A stretch of DNA of 64,000 bases from Octopus vulgaris (taxonomy: Eukaryota). Where the stretch lies: contig OX597825.1 in NCBI GenBank assembly GCA_951406725.2, forward strand, positions 70,990,001 through 71,054,000, given 5' to 3'. The position numbers and the translations under genes are program-made. This document shows positions 51,848 through 64,000 of this stretch, piece after piece. The notes under the pieces are model-generated. The model was not told the DNA's origin. It did not search any database and was given only the letters and a program-made list of their open reading frames with translations. Every line of letters starts with the position of its first letter. The first letter of the stretch is position 1.

Positions 51848-52061
51848 TACTCTTTTACTTGTTTCAGTCATTTGACTGCGGCCTTGCTGGAGCACCGCCT
51901 TTAATCGAGCAACTCGACCCTGGGACTTATTCTTTTGTAAGCCCAGTACTTATTCTATTGGTCTTTTTTTGCCGAACCGCTAAGTAACGGGGACATAAAC
52001 ATACCAGCATCGGTTGTCAAGCAATGCTAGGGGGACAAACACAGACACACAAACACACACA

Positions 52062-52113
<52 letters not shown>

Positions 52114-52268
52114 TAAGACGGGCTTCTTTCAGTTTCCGTCTACCAAATCCACTCACAAGGCTTTGGTCAGCCCGAGGCTATAGTAGAAGACACTTGCCCA
52201 AGGTGCCACGCAGTGGGACTGAACCCGGAACCATGTGGTTGGTAAACAAGCTACTTACCACACAGCCA
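51848..52268 (-). mobile_element. Family-B SINE (young, near consensus)
   Basis: High identity to 23940-24319. Confidence 0.9.
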
Positions 52269-52332
52269 TCTTTAGAAAGAGCTTTCACTCTTGCTTTGTT
52301 TCTCTATATTTAAATTTAGGTTAATTAAAAGA

Positions 52333-52555
52333 CAGGCGTAGGAGTGACTCTGTGGTAAGTAGCTTGCTTACCAACCACATGGTTCCGGGTTCAGTCTCAC
52401 TGCATGGCACCTTGAACAAGTGTCTTCTACTATAGCCTTTCATCCTTTTTTGGGGGTCGATAAATTAAGTACCAGTGAAACACCGGGGTCTATGTAATCG
52501 ACTAGTCCCCACCCCTAAAATTTCAGGTCTTGTGCCTTTAGTAGAAAGGATTATT
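52333..52555 (+). mobile_element. Chimeric SINE: family-B head joined to family-A Meta domain and tail
   Basis: B head runs to ctactatagcc, then directly tttcatcc...ggggtcgataaattaagtacc. Confidence 0.75.
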
Positions 52556-52981
52556 ATTATCATTACCATCATCATAAATTTACAATGACCGATAAGTGCT
52601 CTAAGTCTACATCACCTATAATGTCAACAATTTCTGTCCCTCCACATTCCTTCAAACTTTACCTAATATCACATCATTAATGAGTAGTGTAACTTCACTC
52701 ACATTCCTTTATTTATCTAACTATAGAAATTATTTATTATTATTATTATTATTATTATCTTTTTTTTATAAATGCTACTCTATACATTTAGCTTATATTC
52801 TCTGTTTTCCCCCCACACTGTTCCTATTTCCTCTTACCTTGTATTACATGTAGTTAGGAATTGTTTGTGTATAATTATACGGATTGGCTCTCTTTCAGCT
52901 ACTACTCTCGGCTCATTATTATTGTAGAATGTCCAGTTTTGTTCTGTTTCAGAAGCTTCGCAATAACGGAACCTACTAGCA

Positions 52982-52982
<1 letters not shown>

Positions 52983-53029
<47 letters not shown>

Positions 53030-53189
53030 ACACACACACATACACACACGTATATATATATACACACACACACACACATATATACACATATATATATACA
53101 TATATATATACACACATATATATACATACATATATATATACATACATACATATATATATATATACACATATATATACCTATATATACAC

Positions 53190-53234
<45 letters not shown>

Positions 53235-53290
53235 TATACATATATATGCATATATATGTATATATACACATATATACATATATATATGCA

Positions 53291-53323
<33 letters not shown>

Positions 53324-53540
53324 GCATATATATATATACATATACATATATATACATATATATATGCATATATATATATGCATATATATATACATATATA
53401 TATATACACACACACGTATATATATATGCATATATATATACATACATATATATATATACACACGTATATATATACACATATATATGCACATATATGTTTA
53501 CATATATATGTGTATGTATGTATAACACACATACACATGC
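52983..53540. repeat. Long (CA)n/(TA)n/(TATG) microsatellite
   Basis: Direct inspection; source of the Y/I/C/H-rich ORFs. Confidence 0.95.
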
Positions 53541-53952
53541 ATATCTACATTCATTCATACATGCTGTGGAATTTTTTTTTAGTTCCAGTCCAACGTTGTT
53601 TTAAGAAACATGCCAATTTTGTTATTACTCTTGTTGTTTGTTGTTGTTGCTGCTGCTGCTGCTAATGTTGTTCTTGTTGCTGATGAAGAAGAAGACGTTC
53701 ATTTATAAAGGAAGGTTTTTTTGATTCACATGTTGGATGCCCCAACTGAATATCCATGAATTTTATGTTTGTTTCTTTTATTTACTCATACAGGAGCTCC
53801 ATACTTTTCATGTAAGTCCCAAATGCACATAATTCAACTGCTTACTGTTAAATGCTTCACCAACACCAGTGAACAGCTACTACGGTTAAATAACAATCGT
53901 TTTACTACCATTACTACTTTCCCCTCTATCTATCCGACCCATGTACATAAAT

Positions 53953-53983
<31 letters not shown>

Positions 53984-53990
53984 ATATATA

Positions 53991-54132
53991 TAGGGGTGGG
54001 CAAAAGTAGGTAGGCAGTTGCTTAATATGAATAGAATGTTCTCTTCGTTTCTCTATTTCTTTTTTGGGATAAGAATGTAAAGAACATTCCATTGATATTA
54101 AGCAACTGTATTTCTACTTTTGCCTACTCTTG
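53991..54132. mobile_element. Short mariner-type MITE
   Basis: TA flanks; TIRs taggggtgggcaaaagtagg...cagttg / caactg...ctacttttgcctactcttg. Confidence 0.7.
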
Positions 54133-54136
54133 TATA

Positions 54137-54169
<33 letters not shown>

Positions 54170-56325
54170 ATGTATGTATTATATAAGCTTGCATGTGATG
54201 CGGCTTCAGCTGAGAGTGTGTTGTGTGTTCCATTACAATTGCATGCCATTTGTTGAATCTCCAAAACAGTTCCTAAATATAATCCTAGAAGTATATTGTG
54301 TTTCATGTTTTAGCTATCGTAATACTAAAGGCTCTTGGGTAAACAGTGTTATTTCCTCGTTATTCACACTTATCAAGACATCTAAAATAATAAAACAGTA
54401 TTTACGATCATCATCATCATCATCATCATTTAACGTTCGCTTTCCATGCTGGCATGTGTTGGCTGGTTTGATTGGAACTTGTAAGCTGGACAACTGCTCC
54501 TGGTTCTAGTCTGATTTGGCATGGTTTCTATGGCTGGATGCTCTTCCTAATGCCAACCATTCCAAGAGTATGATGGCAATGGTCACTATTATGATTTCAC
54601 TTTGTTTGACAAGTCTTCTCAATCACAGCATATCATCAAGGTCTCGGTTACTTGTCATTGCCTTCATGAAGCTCAACATTTGAAAATGGTGCTTCAAGAA
54701 AAGATGTTGGTCATGTAGTTGATGATGTTGATATTCTTTGTCATCAAACATCGGAAGATGATTCTACCTTGAAGTTATGCAGCAAAAACTTTGGCTTATG
54801 CTGGCAAGCTGAGATAAGCTCAGATTGTTTTTTGTTTTTGTTTTCTTTTCTGTTCAGGATTAGAGTTGGGTAGCACATAATGTGTACCCTTTATAAAATT
54901 TATAGAAAAGGTGGTTGAAGTTGATTAAATCAACCAACAATATTTGAGTGCTACTTGTATCATCAAGCCCAGAAGGATGAAAGTTAAAATTGACCTCCAC
55001 ATGAACTTGGCATCTAAAATGGCAATGCAAAAAGAACTTGAATAGTGTTTAATGTCTAGTTTTTTGGGTGATGATCTAGATGATCTACTATAATGGAAGA
55101 AGTGTATGGCTAGGGTGCCAGAGCAAATTTTATCATCACAACCTTGATGTGGTTTTGGACTTTGCTAAGTGTTAGAGTATGGAAGAATATTATAATATCG
55201 TTTGAAATCATAAAGTACTGTCACCAAAACAGGTTGAATGTCCAGTCAGCCATGCCAAATTGTCAGTGTCCAGAGAGCCATGCCCAATTGTCTTGTTCCC
55301 CACAAAGCGGATTCAGTTCAACAGCAGCCTAACCCATTAGCCATATCCAGCCAAAATATTCTACCTGTTTTATGTTCAAACTGGCCAGATCAGGTCTCTC
55401 ACACCAACCCTACAATGTCATTCTAAAAATTTACAGTTACCTCATCAAAATGCCACAGCTACAAGATAATGCATGATTACTTCAAAACAATGGGAATAAA
55501 TAAGTATTACTTTTGATAGAATAATATGAATGCTAAAAGGTTATCAAACAAAGAATCCTCTATGAGTTAGCTTGATCTGCTAGGAATAATAGCTTAGTCC
55601 TCATTAAAACATTTGCTCTTTGCGAACAATAATTACAATAAGACCCATGTCTTCTGCTGTTTGTGTTGCCTTACATTCTTCTGTTTCTAAATTTGTGTTT
55701 AAGTCTCTGATAAGGCTTTGAAAGATGCAGCATTTCATGTGTTACAAATATTTTTGTTGATCAAGTTTTGTACGTATTTGACTGGTGAAGTTTTTCTGTT
55801 CCCTTTGTGTTTGCTATTTAAATTAATCATTAGTATATACTTGTGTGTTTTGAATCAATATCTCGTATATATGTCTACTGTGTTGCTTGCTCTGGTTATA
55901 GATATAAATATAGATGGAACTCCACTTCTCTGCTCTGTTGCTAAGTGTGTGAATTATGCTTCTACAGTCACCTTGTTGCTAACATCACGTGCAAATACAC
56001 ACACACACACACACACACACACATGCACACACACACACACACATGCACACACATTACTCATTTCATTAGTTGATGTTTCGTAGCTCTATCTTTACTGAGT
56101 TGTACACCCACACATGCATACTCAAGAACATACACTTACACATCTATATATCTTCATTACTGTTGAAAGCTACATGTCCAAGCTACCCAGGATTGTGTTT
56201 CACAGCTGGGTTCTCTGCCTGCAACCATCCCTTTTTACGTATTTACTAAAGCAATCAGAGATGCAGTTTATCAATGTGTGTATCATGGAAGCTGGATGCA
56301 CACAGTAATGTGTGTATTTACATAC

Positions 56326-56560
56326 ATGATGGCTGCCCCCGCGTTATCGAGTATGGCCATTGCACGAAGCTTAACTGTTAATGGTGCTGTGATCGAATGT
56401 GACCTTTTTAGCCCAGCTAAAGATCTATAATGTCTTGTACAAAATTGGCAACTAAAACCTTTATTGGTAATAGCCGGCTGTAGTTGTAACTGGGCTTCAT
56501 GTACCTTTGCATGTTGTTTAAGTCCTCCTGCCGAATTACACTCTCTTCCACATGCCTGAG
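56326..56560 (-). mobile_element. 3' end of an RTE/BovB-like LINE (C-terminal C2H2-like fingers)
   Basis: ACGRECNSAGGLKQHAKVH...CQFCTRHYRSLAGLKRSH followed by a short tail atggccatactcgataacg, as at RTE 3' ends. Confidence 0.6.
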
Positions 56561-57104
56561 AGATACATACACACATAAATACACACAAATATACATGCAC
56601 ACCTAAATAAATAAATAAATTAATTAATTAATTCACTGGGAACTCTGAGGAGCAGCAATGTGAAGCCTGGATGAATGAATAAGTAAACTCTGTTATACGT
56701 TTTGCATACTCTTCTTACTCTGTTGTACTCCAAAATCATCGTTAAAGTCACACACTTCAGAGAGAGAGAGAGAGAGAATGAGAGAAGATGGGAGAAGTGA
56801 GAGATGGTCGTCCAAGTTGGTAAGAAGCAAGGCTAATAACTGCTTGAGATATTGGCGACTATTTGCTGCCAATGGTTCCTGTGATATTGATATAGCCAAA
56901 ATACCTGACTTCCCAGATGGACAAGTCCACATAGCTAGAAATGGACATTACAAGTTTGAATCACCACATCAATACAAGCAGCAGCAGTGCTGAGTTCATC
57001 TCATTCTGTAGCTTGGACAGGGATGTTTTTTTTGTGTCAAACAGACGCTGATGTTTTGAGTGAGGTACCTAATGAACCAGTGGATTATGGGTTCCTCCAC
57101 ATGC

Positions 57105-57440
57105 ACATGCACACAGGGGTAAAGACCCCCTTCAGTCTTGAATGACCATCGGATTGTACCTAGAAAGTTCCCCTCTGAGGCATGAATCCAGGCAAGGTTG
57201 TTTGTGGAAGACCAGCAGTCACCCATGCATACCAGCTTCCCTTCTCCACACCACTGGTGTTATCCAAGGGAAAGGCAAAGGGACAGATACAGCTTGGTAC
57301 CACTCATTTCTACAGCTGAGTGAACTGGAGCAACATGAAATAAAGTGTCTTGCTTAAAAACACAACACACAACCTGGTCTGGGAATTGAACTCACTACCT
57401 CATGATTGTGAGCCCTATGCTCTAACCACTGAGCCATGCT
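57105..57440 (-). mobile_element. tRNA-derived SINE (family-D-like head, different body)
   Basis: Reverse complement: gcatggctcagtggttagagc...gagttcaattccc...aagcaagacactttatttcatgttgctccagttcactcagctg. Confidence 0.75.
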
Positions 57441-57732
57441 ACCCTCTACACATACACACACAAGTATACACAAATACAAGGTGACTGTCTCATTAGTATG
57501 TTGGATAGATTGCCTAGCAGTATTCCTTCCAGCTCTCTCTGTTCAGTGTTCAAATCCTGCTATGGCCCACCACTGCTGTCAGTTGCTCCTCTTGATGATA
57601 ATGATGCTGATGTTGTGGAACAAGACGGGCTCTGCTAAGTTTTGGAAGTGGCCAAAGTACTGTATGTCACAGCAGTGCCCCTACTATGCTACCAGGAGTT
57701 GTGGACCCAAGGAAGGGAAGAAAATACACGTG

Positions 57733-57767
<35 letters not shown>

Positions 57768-58615
57768 TCACTCTTTTGCTAATTGCTGGTATCACTTCTG
57801 TCTCCTCTTGGTTTCCAAATGTAGCTCTCATCCATCATCTTGGATAGCATCTTCCCCTTTAGTTTTTCTCTCCTCCTCCAGACAGACATATCCCTAGATA
57901 AATAAGCTGTTCAGTGTATCCAATGTTGGTACAGATCTGCATTATGTTGGTTTGTCTACTCTCACAGGCGATACTTACACCTGTGTACACATCATTACTT
58001 CATTATTGTGGAGAGGTTCAGGTACAGGGTCTTCTTGTACAATATATCTCAGCTACACCTTGTTGATTCAGGGCTCTCTCCACTGTACTACCTTGGTACA
58101 AATCTGTCTCCTATACACTATCTTTACACCTGTCTATATCTACTACACTTTGATGCTACACTTCTTCAATGATTCTCTTGGTATAAGTCTGTCTCTTACT
58201 AATTGGTTGTTTGAAATCTGTTTTCCATTATTGTTTAATTGGTACAGTTGTGGCTTCATTCCATTTTCTTTTTCTCTTTATATTGTCTGGAGTGTCTTCA
58301 CTGCACTGTTTAAGTAAATATATATATATGATATAAGAAAAAAAAAACACTATTTCATTCTACCCAATTCTTAATGATAAATAAATAAACGAGGTAGATA
58401 TGAGAGACCTACATATTTTACTCTTTATTTATTGGCAATCTATTTTTTTCTTTTCTTTTTAAAGTTCAGTTTTAAAATTTCAGATTTTGTCAAACCATTC
58501 ATATTTCTATATTTCTGTTTATATCTGAAAAAAATTTGTTTTGCAAGTTTTGAATATTTTCTAAAAAAAAAAAAAATACAATTTATGTAACATTATTTGA
58601 CACCAAATTAACATA

Positions 58616-58646
<31 letters not shown>

Positions 58647-59370
58647 CCTTGAAAAGATCAACAGGAAATTAAAGTCTAACAAAATTACTCAGCAGGTTTT
58701 GTTGTTTTGTATGACCCTTGAAATAGTTATGTTACTTCTTGTTTTTATAACTAAAACTGTGTTGTTTTGATCACGATTATAACTAATCAATTAATTAATA
58801 TTTTGCCTCAAAGAGGAATCAGTGTGGCACTGTTTTTGGTATGTCTTGGATAATTAAACTATTCACCTCTTCTCCAACAGACTACAACGTATTTGAGCCT
58901 AGCGTTTCAAACTAAAGAAATATTCATGATATTTAACCTTTTAGCATTTAAACCAGCCACACCTGGCCCAAAATATTCTGTTTTATGTTCAAACTGGCCT
59001 GATCCAGCCTCTCACACCTACATTACAATGTTAGTCTAAAAAAATATAGTCTTATTATCAAAATCTCAAGGCTACAAGATAATGCAGGATTAATTCAAAA
59101 CAATAGAAATAAATAAGTGTTATATTTGATAGAATAATCTCAATGCTACAGAGTTAATATTTAATCCTTCAGTGCTTACACAAGGGAATTGCAGTTCCCT
59201 GTATTACCTACATACATCTACATGAATTGAGCCAATGGAAGTTGTTTTTATTGGGGTTACTCAGTAAAGACCTCAAGACAGAGGAGAAGCTTTTAACCAA
59301 TGGATCAGCACTCAAATAACTTCCTTGGTTAGATGTGACTCATAATTTTCATTTATTTTTCTGTGTTTTG

Positions 59371-59749
59371 TATATATATATATATAAAGCGAAAGTTGTC
59401 TGTGTATGGCAGGTTTGGTAGCCTTCAACTAACACTATCTCCTCCGAGAACCTGCGGCTCAAGTTGACCAAAATTGAGACTATGATAGAAGAAGGCTTGC
59501 TCTTCCTTCTGTAGAAGAAAAAATTCAAATCGGACCATGTTAACACCGAAAAATTATTTACATCAATATGAAAATCACTATTTTTTACGAATTTTTGACT
59601 GCTGTGTCACCATTATTTGGTGTATTTCAACCAGAAAAATGTTCACTTAAAGAGAATAACAAGCTACATAATGCAAAATGTTTACTTCTAAAAAATTCCA
59701 ATTCTAAAGGGTCAAAACAAACCCGAGCAACGCCAGGCGATACTGCTAG
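59371..59749 (+). mobile_element. Non-autonomous Helitron
   Basis: 5' tatatataaa start lost in (TA)n; 3' caaacccgagcaacgccaggcgatactgCTAG|T. Confidence 0.82.
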
Positions 59750-60274
59750 TATATATATATATATATATATATATTCTTTGAATAGAACAGTGATGGTTTA
59801 TTTTTAATAATTATTTGTAATAATATCCTTTCTGTCAAGACATGTGTTCAGGTGTTATGTTTTTAACAAGCTTAACTCTGGAACAAAATTTTCAAAGCGC
59901 TGATTGAAATCTTTTAAACACACTGAAACAATTTTGAGTGTTAGGCTCTCAACAGACTTAAAATTGCGGAGCAGAATTGAAGATGCAGCTGAAATCTTGA
60001 ATATTATGAAACAAGAAAATTTATAAATTTATGCATCAAAACAAAAACAAAAATTTTGGAAAAAACAAGAAATTACCCCCAAGCTCCTCATATTCCCTTA
60101 TATAGAATCTTTGCCACAACTAAATTGAATAAATAATTCATGCATTCTTCTAGATGATTTGTGTGAAGCAGGCTGATCAAACCATTTTCTGTTGCAAGGC
60201 ACAAAACATTGTGTGTGTGTTTTAAATACACACATACATTCATATGTATATAAACACATGCTCGCGTGCACACG

Positions 60275-60315
<41 letters not shown>

Positions 60316-60470
60316 TTATTATTTTTGTTCTTTATTGTCTTCATTATATCAATTCTGTTTTCCTGATTGAGTGTTTTGTTTTTGATTTGTAAAAATCTTA
60401 TGTTGAAACATGTTGTTTGTACCTTGGGAAGGTCATTTTACTAATGAAACAAAAAAATCACTGTTAAACC

Positions 60471-60708
60471 GTTAACCAATTAATGAATCGCTTGTTTTAT
60501 CACTTGTTTGGTCAATCAATTAATCAATTGGTTAATTAGAGTTCATTTCATTGCAGTGAGCAACCTTATTGATGACACACCTTCATCAGTTCTTCATCAT
60601 AGGAAAAGAGCTGATGACAGCGCATCGTTAATAAGATCATAGATTGCAATAAAAGGACCCAAATAAACTGATTTACTGACCAAGCAATTGATTAGTTAAT
60701 TGGTTAAC
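60471..60708. repeat. Degenerate fold-back element
   Basis: gttaaccaattaa...ttaattggttaac ends and paired interior (cttattgatga/tcgttaataag, catcagttctt/aagagctgatg). Confidence 0.65.
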
Positions 60709-60996
60709 TGATAACAATAATGATAAAAAGAAGTGAAATATAACCAGTGTTTGTGTATTTATTGGCAAGCTGACCCTTCCAAAACACATAATTGAATGTC
60801 CCTTGCTTAATGTCAGCTATCTAGCTAAAAAGCTATGTTTCTTTTTTGTGACCCTTCATCTAGTTTATTGCTGAGCAAGTGATTGATATTGCTTTCCTCT
60901 GCCCCACCCCTGCATTATTGCTACGTTCACTTCCTCCATCGTTTCTTGAAACGGAAGTGTTTTGTCATTGAATGTTGCTGCTTTATTATCAAGCAC

Positions 60997-61032
<36 letters not shown>

Positions 61033-61091
61033 GAATTCCTGAACTTCTGTTTGGGCTTAATGTCTTTCACATAACTTCGTTGCTTGTTGTT

Positions 61092-61680
61092 TCATCATCA
61101 CCACCATCACCATTGTCATTACTAGACCTATTATTAGTGGCATCATCACCATCACCACACATCATTATCACCTATAATCATCATCATCGTCACTATCACC
61201 ATTATCATATCATATCATCATCATCACTACTAACACCACAATCATCATCATCATTGTCACAGTCTTCCACTACTGTTATCATTATTGATGATGATGATGT
61301 TGTCCTCAACACCATCATCATTCTCATCTCCATTGTCATCATCATCACCATCATCATCAAGCCTATTGTTAGTGGTATCATCATCACCACGATCATCATG
61401 GTCTCTATTATCATTAGTTGTCGTCATCACCATCACCACCCATCATCATCATCACCCATTATCATCATCATCATCATTACTAACACCACAATCATCATCA
61501 TCATCACAATCCTCCACTACTGTTATTATTATTGTTGTCATCATCACCATCATTATAATCATCAGGCCTATTGTTCGTGGCATCATCATCATCATGGTCT
61601 CTTATTATCATTATCATTAGTTGTCGTCATTGCCATCATCATCATTACCATTGTCACCGCCTACACCATCATCATTGAAT
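61092..61680. repeat. (CAT/CAC)n low-complexity tract with internal duplication
   Basis: The block actaacaccacaatcatc...tccactactgttat...gcctattgtt.gtgg.atcatc...catggtctct..attagttgtcgtca occurs twice. Confidence 0.88.
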
Positions 61681-62638
61681 TTGATGATGTTATTCTTTTA
61701 GTTGTGGTTGGCTCTGTTTTCTGCATCAACAGCATTAAAGAAACCAACTGTCAAAACGTCGGAGGGTGTTTTTTTTTATAAATTTCATTTAATTTTAAAA
61801 TCATTATAAACGAAGAGAAATAAACTAAGCCTACAAATTAAGGAAATAAATAAATAAAACAAGACAGTTGTTAGCTTGAGTTAATTAGCAGCATATGTAT
61901 TGATTTCTTACTGAGATTACACAGTATTATATTTATAGCAGAAATGTGATTTTGTGATATTCATGCCTTTCTCAATGATATTAATTAACATAGATGACGT
62001 GAAACAGCCACAACTGCGAAATGAAACTGAGCAGTGAAATTATTAATTTTATATCCTGCTTTATAAATAATAGCATCGTTAATTTGAGGTTTTTTTAATA
62101 AGCCAAATACTTATTGTAATTCTGGTGGTGATGACCCTATTCGAAGATCTAAAGATTTTCGTTGTTGTTTTTATTTTTTGTTGTTATAGTTTGGTGAAAG
62201 ATACAAACATATATGCATACATCTATCAGTGGTCATCATTTTGCATCCACTTTCCATGTTGGCATGTTTTGGATTGGTCATTTCTGCTCTCCTTCATTGT
62301 TCAGGTTGGGGGACCATGTCTCGTTCGTATGTTTCGTTTTGGCTAGGTTTCTACAGATGGATGCCCTTCCTAACATCATTTACTTTACAGAGTAGATTGA
62401 GAGTATTTTATTGACACCACTAATCGAGAGGATGGGTTAAGAAAGGTAGCCGAGAGTAGATAAAGGGTGAGAGTGAATGAAAGATTTCAATACCAAATGG
62501 CCAGTAGGAGGGATATAAGTAGAGTGCATGAAATATATGTATGTGTGTGTTCTTAAAAAGCTTGCTTAGCCACCACATGGTAAGTAAAAGATAAAAGAAT
62601 TTTGTGTGTGTTTGTATGTATATATATATATATATATA

Positions 62639-62818
62639 GGGAGAGTTCACGAAAAAACAAAAGACGAAGACAGGTGGTGTACAAAACAAACAGATGTATT
62701 AGTATAATGCTCAGGAATAGAAAAAGCCTTTTATGTTTCGAGCCTATGCTCTTCTACAGAAAGGGACACAGAAAAAAACAAGGAGAGAAAAAAATGTGTG
62801 TAGTGGCTACCGATCTAT
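62639..62818 (-). mobile_element. About 180-bp mini-element in (TA)n with a hammerhead-like motif (62727-62764)
   Basis: - strand: ccuuu CUGUAGA a GAGC auag GCUC GAAAC AUA aaagg. Perfect 5-bp stem I; homologous to the 27512 element. Confidence 0.75.
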
Positions 62819-63412
62819 ATACACACACACACACATATTTTTTCAAAATCTTTATATATGTATAATAGTGTATAAACAATTTATGTATTTATACATGAAA
62901 GAGGTGACCTTTGATAGGACACCATACATGCTTGAAAGGGCAGTTGAAGCCCAAACCACAAATAAGATCAAATTCAAAGGCAAATGAAAATTAAAATATT
63001 TTTGTATGTATGTATGTATGCATGCATGCATGTATGTATAAGATGGTTTCTGCACAGTTTTTGTCTCCCTAATTCCTCTCAGAAAATATTGGTCAACCCA
63101 AGGTTATAAAAGCTGAGACTTGCCGAAGATGTCATGCAGAGGAATCAACACCAGAGTTGCATAGTTACAAAGCAAACTTTTCAATACCATAAGTGCCATA
63201 TCATATATCAATAATACGCTATTCATAAATTTATTGATTACTTTTGCCAAAGCACAAGGCCAATTTGTTTTGTTAACAATATTGATCCTGATATATTACT
63301 GGTGTTTAAACCAATAGTTTCTGTGGAATGAAAGACAAAAATTGATCAGTGCTAGACTTCAACTGAAACAAATAATTTATGCAAATCAACACCTTAATAC
63401 ACTTGCTTATAT

Positions 63413-63643
63413 TATTTCTTTACTACCCACAAGGGGCTACACACAGAGGGGACAAACAAGGACAGACAAACAGATTAAGTCAATTACATCGACCCCAGTG
63501 TGTAACTGGTACTTAATTTATCGACCCCGAAAGGATGAAAAGCAAAGTCGACCTCGGTGGAATTTGAACTCAGAACGTAGTGGCAGACGAAATAATGCTA
63601 AGCATTTCGCCCGGCATGCTAACGTTTCTGCCAGTTCACCGCC
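63413..63643 (-). mobile_element. Family-A SINE
   Basis: Full reverse-complement unit flanked by duplicated ttgcttatat. Confidence 0.9.
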
Positions 63644-64000
63644 TTGCTTATATATTTGATAATCAGTCCATCTGAGACACAATGGAACTTCTTGTGGAAG
63701 TCTACCCCTAAATATATTACTGGCACTTGTATTACACATATGTGAAAGTATTTGGCCTGGTGGTTAGATATTGTACTCATGATCACAAAATTGTGGTTTT
63801 GATTCCCAAACTGGCAGTGTGCCCTTGTGCGAAACACTTCATTTCACATTGCTCCAGTTCACTCAACTGTAAATGTGTAACCCTGCAACAGACACTGGTA
63901 TTCCATTCAGGGGTAATGTTCATCTGCCCACCTAACCAGTGAGGTGGCGTTATTTGAAAGCTACAACAGTGTGAGAAAGCACATTGCGACCAGCGATGTA

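Noticed and set aside
52834-53665. Long Y/I/C/H/T-rich ORFs (also 30272-30771, 41960-42279, 61080-61781)
   Set aside because: Microsatellite translations that lack stop codons by composition.
56283-56600. Possible host C2H2 zinc-finger gene
   Set aside because: It lacks TGEKP linkers and splice sites. The CxxCxRxxxSxxGLxxH pattern and short tail fit an RTE/BovB LINE 3' end.
59904-60026. Short protein-like frame LKSFKHTETILSVRLSTDLKLRSRIEDAAEILNIMKQENL
   Set aside because: Only 40 codons, bounded by stops, with no homology recognised and no convincing partner exons.
60611-60617. CUGAUGA core in the fold-back element (also on the - strand near 32191)
   Set aside because: No correctly placed GAAA, NUH or stem I.
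49317-64000. DCTN3 exon 5 candidates (acceptors near 51746, 54857, 58880, 59851)
   Set aside because: None gives a xVPE...LxxLxxxHxxQQ-like peptide in phase 1; most hit stops or repeats.

Overview
Eukaryotic, AT-rich, repeat-saturated animal genomic DNA. The SINE, MITE and microsatellite landscape looks like an octopod cephalopod (Octopus sp.; an inference). The only firmly supported host gene is dynactin subunit 3 (DCTN3/p24) on the + strand. Its four coding exons (2019-2117, 21941-22025, 23434-23520, 49233-49316) splice in frame through canonical GT-AG sites. Introns are about 19.8, 1.4, 25.7 and >14.6 kb, and the 3' exons lie beyond the window. A probable first coding exon of an unidentified divergent gene lies at 867-745 (-). 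The rest is intronic: at least four tRNA-derived SINE families, RTE LINE fragments, decayed Tc1/mariner transposases, piggyBac-, Merlin-, hAT-, Tc2- and mariner-type MITEs, two non-autonomous Helitrons and long microsatellites. Nearly all ORFs in the supplied track are spurious. The most interesting signal is a set of short non-coding elements, mostly next to (AT)n tracts and often in fold-back form, each carrying a minimal type-I hammerhead ribozyme motif. They include non-canonical cores (CUGU-N-GA, CCGACGA) and one tRNA-headed SINE-hammerhead chimera. They resemble several distinct families of non-autonomous Penelope-like/retrozyme elements. Everything was read by eye; no database search or folding program was run.
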